A DNA stretch of 63,732 bases, counting the filler, from Aduncisulcus paluster (lineage: Eukaryota), in the NCBI GenBank assembly GCA_024181965.1. It is 5 parts of 5 records of this genome, joined end to end, with 100 filler letters (N's around TTAATTAATTAA, not from the genome) between each part and the next. Parts side by side here need not be neighbours in the genome. Positions count along the whole stretch, not along the records: positions 45,060 to 61,262 come from BQXS01012673.1; positions 61,363 to 63,732 come from BQXS01012711.1; 3 more parts are not named here. One strand, written 5' to 3'. The notes beneath the pieces are model-generated. The model did not search any database and was not told the origin of the DNA. It saw only the letters and a program-made list of their open reading frames with translations. Numbering within the stretch: position 1 is the first letter of the stretch; every line of letters starts with the position of its first letter. Shown one piece after another: positions 56,178 to 63,732 of the stretch. Position numbers and translations under genes: made by a program.

Positions 56178-58037
56178 ATGTATATCTTACCCTTTTATTG
56201 TTGCTTTTTCTTTCTCCTATTCACTTCTTGTTTTATCTGGGTTCATTCCACCTTTTTTGCTGGAGATAATGGAGGACAACCTGGAACAATGATGACATTT
56301 TCTATCCAATCACTTCGAGATGTTTTATTTTTGGGTGCTCAGCCATATTTTGATTCTTTCATGAGTTCTTTCCAGATTCCAGATTTTGAAGAACAATTTA
56401 CCTTTGGATTGGGAAAAGCTGATGTAAAATTTGAGAATTTCAGCATTAATTCATATAATTTTTTCCCAGATGAATACGTCGTTATCGATTCTCTCCCGAG
56501 CGTTAATGGTATTTTTGTTGAAGCTTCTCATGCAGCTGCCTCAGTTTCTTTGGATTATAGTATCAGATTGCTTACTTATCCATATTCTTCTCTGGTTGGA
56601 TCAGCCTCTCTCTCTGTTGGTAATATGGCCCTAGAAGGATCCGCTGTTGCTGGTATCACTCCAGATACAAAAGATACAACCTGTTGTGATCAATCATATG
56701 TTAATGATGATGATTCCGAATGCGTTTCTTGTGGCTACATCCCCACGATGACAATTAATGATCTGAAAATTGACATCTCTGACATTATTATCACTTATAT
56801 CGGTGATGTCGATCCAATCCTTGAGATGATAACAGATCTCATTGAAACTGCCCTTGGGCCCTTCCTCTCTACATCCCTCTCGAAGGCTCTTATGATCTTT
56901 ATTAATCACGAGGATCCTTCTTCTTACTTTGGTCTGCTAACCCCAAAGCCCATCCGCACAAGCAATAAGTTTTACCTAGGATATGCCCAAAACATGATTG
57001 TTGGCGCCAATTATTTCGTTATTCAAACCTATTCTGTGAATGTGAACGGGGGTAATAATCTCACAAGAGAGCAACACCTGTGGCCCGATTATGATCCTCC
57101 TTCTCTTCCTTACGACATGTTTTCAGCCGAGATGTCATACACGATCAGCCTTGATTCGATCGAATCCCTGTTTTACAACACTCTTGTTTATCTCAACGAT
57201 GATTGGAATAAGTCGCGGGCAACCTTCGATACAATTGCTTGTGTTATTACTCGTGATGGATGTTACACGAAGGATGGTGGTCCTGGTGGACATAGCAGTT
57301 CCTATGTTATCCAGCACAACCTTGGACGAAGCATGGATGACCCTCCTTCTCCCTTGTCTCCCTTCTTCACCACTCCTTACTATGAACACTCCATCCCTGA
57401 CCTATATTCACTCTGTTCCAACTGTTACATCGATATTATGTACACTTATAATACAATCGACAATGTTCCCACTGTTCCGACCATATCCATGCGCCTCGAT
57501 GGGTTTGATTTGGTCTATTCTGACATGCACATTGTTATAGATATTGTAGATGCCGATACGGGTGATATCACAACTTCCTTAGAGCTCTCAGTGGACATTG
57601 CTACCCAAGGAATTGTTTGGAGCGACCATGCTTACATCAATTTCCTCCAATCGGTTGGATCTGTCTCCAATGGTCGCCTTGAGATATGTTCTGCTCCATC
57701 TTCTCCTTCCTCTACTTCCTCTTCTTCCTCTTCATGTGCTGACATTGAGTTATCAGAGTGGATGTCTCTTGTTTCTATTATCAGTAATCTATATTTAGAT
57801 GCCTCTTTCGGTCAAACTTTCCGCCAACAGTACTATGGGTTCAATTACCAAACAAGGCTTCCTCTTGCATATTTCCACACCTGTGTGAGCGATGACGAGG
57901 AGACCTGGTATAATCCAGATGACTCTTATGTCGTTGTGAGTTTCAATCTTGTTGCATGCGCTTGCAATGAGTTTTTATTCGATGACCAGAGTAGAGATGA
58001 CAATGGCGAAGTTTATTGCATACCCCAGGACATTTGA
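56178..58037 (+). CDS. Secreted BPI/LBP (TULIP)-like lipid-binding protein
   Basis: Signal peptide; PGTMMTFSIQSL...FQIPDF...VKFENFSI...GSASLSV pattern of the BPI N-domain; about 620 aa, consistent with two lobes. Confidence 0.6.
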   Translation: MYILPFYCCFFFLLFTSCFIWVHSTFFAGDNGGQPGTMMTFSIQSLRDVLFLGAQPYFDSFMSSFQIPDFEEQFTFGLGKADVKFENFSINSYNFFPDEYVVIDSLPSVNGIFVEASHAAASVSLDYSIRLLTYPYSSLVGSASLSVGNMALEGSAVAGITPDTKDTTCCDQSYVNDDDSECVSCGYIPTMTINDLKIDISDIIITYIGDVDPILEMITDLIETALGPFLSTSLSKALMIFINHEDPSSYFGLLTPKPIRTSNKFYLGYAQNMIVGANYFVIQTYSVNVNGGNNLTREQHLWPDYDPPSLPYDMFSAEMSYTISLDSIESLFYNTLVYLNDDWNKSRATFDTIACVITRDGCYTKDGGPGGHSSSYVIQHNLGRSMDDPPSPLSPFFTTPYYEHSIPDLYSLCSNCYIDIMYTYNTIDNVPTVPTISMRLDGFDLVYSDMHIVIDIVDADTGDITTSLELSVDIATQGIVWSDHAYINFLQSVGSVSNGRLEICSAPSSPSSTSSSSSSCADIELSEWMSLVSIISNLYLDASFGQTFRQQYYGFNYQTRLPLAYFHTCVSDDEETWYNPDDSYVVVSFNLVACACNEFLFDDQSRDDNGEVYCIPQDI

Positions 58038-58907
58038 TCTCTCGTTTCTTTGATCTATATGTGCATATTGTAAAATTAATATGTACTCGTTAGTTCATTA
58101 TTTCAATAATATGATTGCATATATTTTTTATTTTCCCTTTCTTTATATGTATATATATATAAATATATTAACAAGGTTTAAAAACATGATTGATTGATCA
58201 CATTTAGTGATCACTATGTTACTTGCAACTCGAGGTAGTTCTGAGTTTTATTTTAGGAACTTTCTAAAAATTCTATTTTGAATTATTGATGCACCGAAAT
58301 TTTCATAATGGTTATTGTTTCTCGTGAATGTTTCTCCTTTCGCTCCTTTTGACTCGGGGGGGTTTATTCAATTGTGATTAGCATATTCTAATAAAGATTT
58401 ATGGTGTTCGTATTGTTCCAAATCACCCAATGCGGAATAAAGTATATATTAGGAAAGTTTGTGACGGGTCATTAGGGTGGGACTGAAATTGGTTGCTGTG
58501 GGATGATGATTATGTTCGGACACTTTCGCTCCTTTTTCTAATAAATTGTCTTTTGATATTTATTTCTTCAAATAATTAAATATATAAATGCACCATATCA
58601 ATATTTTTTTATTATGAATTGATAGATTCACCTTTTCCTCTATCGGGAAGTATTTTTGAGCGTTTTGAGCCATATCGTTCTGTTGAAAATCTTGTAATCA
58701 TGAAATGATGAACGTATTATTGCCTATTCTTCAAATTATCTCTTATGATTGTTTCTTGAATTTGCGAACTGTTTGAAATACTAATTTCCATTTCTTGCTA
58801 TTTTCATGGATTTGAAAGTGAATACATACATAATTCTATCATTCTTTGAATCAATATTGTTTTTATTTTTCCTTCTCATATAAATATTGATAATTTATTT
58901 GAAATAG

Positions 58908-60998
58908 ATGGCAGATACTACGCAAAAATCAATTGAATCACTTCCTGAAACAAATGCAATCGTTGATAGTCGTGGAGCCGTGAAAGAAACAATGCATTTT
59001 TATTCCCAACCTTTGTCAGACAGAAGTAGCCACCTCTCGAATGTATTGGCTGTTGATGAATATGAAGAAACCTCCACAGACTTCCCGAAAAGTACAAAAA
59101 ATACTGCAAATAGCTCAATACATCAATCTTCTGATGGGGTTATACCATTTCCTCATGATCCGTCCTCTTCACTAGATCCTGTCGAAGTTCATTCCCCTCA
59201 AGACAGTATGATAATTCGTGGTGAAATTGTTGAAACTGAAGATACAACAGCTTTACCTCCAAATACGACAATTCGTGAAAGAACAAACGATGGAGATCCT
59301 TCAGTGGCCGCTCAAGCTCATTTTGTTCGAACCCATAATGAGCGAAGAAGAATATCGTTATTTAAGGCTTTTGCCACCTTATATGTTATTTCAGCCCTTG
59401 TTAATCTCCTGTTATCACTTTTGTCAGCAATTATTTCTGGAATTTGGACCTTGTTCATTGTTTCAGCTGCTTCTATTCTTCAAGCCATTACTGGTGTCCA
59501 AATGGCTTATGTAGCGACAGTATTGAATATTGTTCTATCTTCTATTGCTTTTGGATTTTCAATTCTTTCGTTCGCATTCTTGTTTATTGTCGATTATTCA
59601 TATTATACTACAATTGATTACATTCTGTGCGCCTCCGTGATTGCTGTTGCAGGAATTTCAATGCTCTCATCCCTGGCTATTTTAATTATTCTATATCCAT
59701 CATTTAGACGGGATTCATATGTCTTCCAATCCCATTCGCAGGAAGGTCAAACCCTCCCTCTTCCTCCAATATTCAGACAAGTCAGATATTCCCCCCGAAG
59801 ATCAAACCGTGAAAGCGACGATGCAAAAGATGGGCTGTCCGATCAAGAGCGTCCACATAATCTTATCACAGCTAGTACTGCTGTTGCTAATGGTATTCCT
59901 GTTCCTGTTGATGATATGCGTCCAGCTCATTTCTTGGCAGTTCCAGCCTCTCCATTCAAGACTCCGTCCTCAATTCGTGCCGATATGGAGCAAAGTCACT
60001 CAAATGATATTCTGAGTGTCGTGGAGGAAGAAGAGTCAGGTGAAGAAAAAGACAGTAAGAGTGAGGAAGAAGATCAAGCTCAGTTAGATGATGAACGAGG
60101 AAAATTATCATCAACTCCAGCCAATAGCAAAGAAGATGACGATGTTGAGTTGACCCCATCTGAAGATATCACTTGCAAGCCTTCTGAAGAGGGTTTACAA
60201 ACAATACCTGAAGAAACAATCCAGCACTTTGAACCCACAGTAGAAAGAGACAGTGATGGTGCTCCTGGTTTAAATCTTGAGAGTATTGTTGATGTGAAAC
60301 AACAACAAGATGAATCAATCGGAGACTCACCCAGTGATGAAGTGTATCATAATGCCATCCCATTTGGGAGCACTTCAAAGCCTGACGATCATTTTGATCA
60401 CATCATATCTCACGAAGGAGAGAAAGCCCCTTCCCACAAACATCCATCAATCCTTGGCGATGAGATTGAATCAGTTGAAAAAAAAGTATCATTTCTTGAT
60501 AACCAGATCATTGATAAGGACCCAGATATTTTGGAAGATGGCTCAAGACCCTCTCGTGATGATGAAGATATCAGGGATGACATGGTCATATCCTTGAAGG
60601 ATGGTTGCAGAGTCGTTCAGAACCCTCCTTCGAGACAGCGTGGAGTTATGAGTGTTCCAAGCGATGTGATATTTGCAATGAATCAACAACGAAAGGCAAA
60701 AGATTATCTCAAACAATGCAGCCGAGGAGAGGGCAAAATTGTCCCAAGAGATCGTAGAAAAGGTATGGCTGTTTCTGCTGCTGTTCTCGAAGCCGAGGAA
60801 GAAGAGTGTGGCATAGAGAATAGAAGAGGACTTGGAGGGAATTCTCATTGTGAACGAGTTCTTCCTGAAAGAGGAAGAGCCCCCATTGCAAGGGATCGAT
60901 CCGATGGATTTGTAACTCCACTTGTCCCGCCTCAATATGGCCCGGAATGTCGAGAACCTTCATCTTCAATCAAACATTCTGAAGATCATGATAAATAA
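58908..60998 (+). CDS. Hypothetical 4-TM membrane protein with long disordered termini
   Basis: 696-aa ORF with a hydrophobic block at about residues 150-263. Confidence 0.75.
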   Translation: MADTTQKSIESLPETNAIVDSRGAVKETMHFYSQPLSDRSSHLSNVLAVDEYEETSTDFPKSTKNTANSSIHQSSDGVIPFPHDPSSSLDPVEVHSPQDSMIIRGEIVETEDTTALPPNTTIRERTNDGDPSVAAQAHFVRTHNERRRISLFKAFATLYVISALVNLLLSLLSAIISGIWTLFIVSAASILQAITGVQMAYVATVLNIVLSSIAFGFSILSFAFLFIVDYSYYTTIDYILCASVIAVAGISMLSSLAILIILYPSFRRDSYVFQSHSQEGQTLPLPPIFRQVRYSPRRSNRESDDAKDGLSDQERPHNLITASTAVANGIPVPVDDMRPAHFLAVPASPFKTPSSIRADMEQSHSNDILSVVEEEESGEEKDSKSEEEDQAQLDDERGKLSSTPANSKEDDDVELTPSEDITCKPSEEGLQTIPEETIQHFEPTVERDSDGAPGLNLESIVDVKQQQDESIGDSPSDEVYHNAIPFGSTSKPDDHFDHIISHEGEKAPSHKHPSILGDEIESVEKKVSFLDNQIIDKDPDILEDGSRPSRDDEDIRDDMVISLKDGCRVVQNPPSRQRGVMSVPSDVIFAMNQQRKAKDYLKQCSRGEGKIVPRDRRKGMAVSAAVLEAEEEECGIENRRGLGGNSHCERVLPERGRAPIARDRSDGFVTPLVPPQYGPECREPSSSIKHSEDHDK

Positions 60999-61364
60999 AA
61001 CGATTTTTTAATTCTTTTTTTTTGCATCCCCAATTTTTGAAAAACTCAGAATCGATCTCTTGAAAAACTGCAAAATAGACAAATCTTGAATTGATTTCAC
61101 TCATTCATTTATCTTACCCATTTATAATTAATGTCTGCAATAATCGTGGAAGGACCCAAGATACTCACTTCTGAGGCGTGGATGAGAGAGTTATTTTGTC
61201 TCGTTTTGTCTCCGTTGAAACATCAATGTTGCCATCAAATGCACAAAAGAAACGTTTAGATGNNNNNNNNNNNNNNNNNNNNNNNNNNNNNNNNNNNNNN
61301 NNNNNNTTAATTAATTAANNNNNNNNNNNNNNNNNNNNNNNNNNNNNNNNNNNNNNNNNNNNGT

Positions 61365-61906
61365 GACGACACCCCAACTCTCTCACTCTCTGATGTTGCA
61401 TCCATTTTCGGATCGTGTTTGACAGAGCTTGATGTGAGTGGCATGAAGTTGGATGATTTGTTGTGGCTCTATGAAGTTGTTGTTGATGATGATGATGATA
61501 ATGATGATTCTGACTCTTCCTCTTTCACGATCCTGTTCCCGATGTTAGAGTATCTGGATGCCAGTGATAACAACATCTATGATCCATCTCCATTGTTCTT
61601 GCTCTCATCCACTCTCACCACACTTGATCTGCGTGTCAACAATGTCTGTGGCATGGATGATGAAGAGGAAGTGAATGCTTTCGTGTTTGTCTTCACATCG
61701 CCATTATCACCGTTCACAAAAGATGGGTATTCTATCTTCGATAACAATGAATGTTTGTGTATTGATGATTCTACATCATCTTCCATCTCACTCTCATCTA
61801 ATATCGTCTGCTCTGAGATCTGGCCTGGTGAGTATTCTGCAACATGTTGTTCATCATGTTACACCGATGTGAGTTCCTCCTCATTATCGTGTGTGCTCAT
61901 CGATGG

Positions 61907-61937
<31 letters not shown>

Positions 61938-63731
61938 ACTGCATCCTTGTATGCCATGTGCTCTGGTCTTAGCCTCTCAGGAACCAACAAGAAGTGCATT
62001 GGAATAGGATCTGATGCATCTACTATGTCTACAAATGACATATCTATTATCTGTTCTGAAGGATGGTATGGCGATGATTGTCTGTCCAAATGTCCTGTTG
62101 ATGAGTATGGGTATGAATGTGGGAATGATGATGATGGAACCAATAATAATCCTTGTAACTCTGAAACACACACATGCACCTGCTCTTATTCATCTTCATC
62201 GTCACCTCTCATGACTGGTGACCTGTGTGAGATTGAGAGTGGAGTGACATTGCTGTCTTCCCTTGGGATGGATGTTGCCCTCGTTGAAGCTATCTGTGAG
62301 TCCATGTATGATGCTGATGAATATGCTGATGCAGATGTTCAATCGTTATGTTTCTCTTCTTCTTCTGACGAAAACATTCTCTCATCACTGACTGTGGATG
62401 ATCTCTCCACCATCACATCTCTCACCATCCCAGCCACTATGTCTTCCCTCTCAGGGCTTGAATATGCCGAACACCTTAGGATCCTTTCGTTTGAATCCGG
62501 GAACACTCTCATCTCCGATCTATCGCCCATTGCATCCTTATCCTCGTTGTATGTGCTTGAGTTTGATTCGTTTGACATGTTTGAGAACACAGATGCAGTT
62601 TCCCTTCTGAGCACATTGACGGATGCTGTCGGTGCTCTGAAGATGGATCTTGAGTCTGACACTTCACGCTGGAATGGAATCTCTAAATCGTACTGTGTTG
62701 GTCTGTGCTCGTTGCGAAAGCTTCGTATCAGTGGACTTAAGGAGGGTGTTGGAGTTGATTCATCCTCACACTCAACATTTGATTCCTTTGTCAAAGTGAA
62801 GACATCCTCATTTACACTTGATTCATCATTCACTTCTTTGCTGAACAACATTGCCATGTGCAGTGGTCAGTGTGTCAGCAGTTATGATGATGGAACGAAA
62901 GTGTATCCATTGTCATCCACTCTGACACATCTTGATCTCTCCTCCAATGATATCTCTGACCCTACCATCATTTCACTCCAGCCTAGTCTCTCTGGTGTGA
63001 CACATCTGACTCTGAGTGACAACTCCATCTCTGACCTTGCTCTGTTGCAACAAGTCGTTGATGGTCTTGAAAAGGTCGCATATGTTGATGTGAGTGACAA
63101 TAGACTTGATTGTGGGTCAATTGTCTCTGAGTGTTTGAATTCACTCGCTGATCTCTGTGAACGTGATGTGTCTGGATCGGATGATGGAAATGGTGGAATT
63201 CAATTTGTATTCGGAGATGTGGTAGATGGTTCTGATCCATTATTAGGGTCTGTTTCACAGAATGTAACTTCTCCATGTGGATCTAACCCCATTTCTACTT
63301 CCTCTGTATTCTGTTCTTATTCACAAGATCATCTTGTGTGTCAGGTCAATGATTCTGCAGATGATGATGGAAGTGAATATGTATGTGTCTGTGGGTCAGG
63401 ATACTATGAAGACACTTCATCTGGAGAATGTGTTTCAGCTGCTACTGTTGTTTCTTCTTCTTCTTCTTCTTCTGCATGCTCCAATTGTGGTGGTGAGCGT
63501 GGTACATGTGTGTATGATGCTGACTCTGACTCTGACTCTGACTCTGGTGATGAATCATTGCCATTCTGTGAGTGTTCTGATGGATGGTATGGGACTGAAT
63601 GCTCGTCCATTTGTCCTGTTTCTGATGATCTTGGTTTGTGCAGTGGATCATCTCGTGGAACATGTGATGCTGCCACCCATACATGTGTGTGTGAGTCTGG
63701 GTATTATGGATCTTCATGCAACCTCTATTGT
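61365..63731 (+). CDS. Partial large LRR + EGF/laminin-like Cys-rich surface protein (open at both ends)
   Basis: I translated ~789 codons without a stop: LEYLDASDNNIYDPSPL, SLSGLEYAEHL, ISDLSPIASL and LTHLDLSSNDISD, alternating with CSEGWYGDDC, CECSDGWYGTEC and CVCESGYYGSSC. Confidence 0.9.
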
Positions 63732-63732
63732 G

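Noticed and set aside
25712..61362. TTAATTAATTAA palindromes within N runs
   Set aside because: Artificial six-frame-stop linkers. Genes on either side are not neighbours, so no cross-linker synteny was inferred.
1..63732. Alternative genetic code (TAR=Gln) or selenocysteine read-through
   Set aside because: Conserved genes end at TAA, TAG and TGA at expected positions; I saw no in-frame stops in conserved domains and no convincing SECIS.

Overview
This is eukaryotic, gene-dense, intron-poor DNA in the standard genetic code. It is a concatenation of five contig/scaffold pieces joined by artificial 100-nt N..TTAATTAATTAA..N linkers (25712-25811, 37616-37715, 44960-45059, 61263-61362), plus four 20-N scaffold gaps flanked by duplicated overlaps. 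A Giardia-type cyst wall protein homolog, short 5'-proximal GTATGT introns, Ser-rich low-complexity proteins and a lineage-type multicopy gene fragment suggest a free-living fornicate (Carpediemonas-like organism). Aduncisulcus is the best guess, and this identity is inference. Recognisable genes include NDK, MEMO1, a TmcB/C-like membrane protein, PP2A B56, a RING protein fragment, a BTB protein, a 2H phosphoesterase, a His-rich CDF Zn transporter, SmD2, a G-protein gamma subunit, RRP1/Nop52, a Cep70-like protein, a DUF6962-like membrane protein, TBC1D31, Get2/CAML, a cyst wall protein, a SAM-kinesin-13, a BPI/LBP-like protein and a large LRR/EGF surface protein that the ORF track missed. The most interesting observations are: (1) a cyst-wall-protein locus with a novel RDRDYEERDD zwitterionic tail and a motif-dense promoter containing the Giardia Myb2-type CAACAG site; (2) a catalytically degenerate Tpt1/KptA-like domain inside a large disordered protein; (3) a G-gamma with a buried CaaX; (4) two GC-rich, hairpin-forming intergenic islands that may be unannotated ncRNAs; (5) a recurrent AGTACAGTATAG 3'-flank motif. 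All family calls come from recognising motifs by eye; no searches were run.
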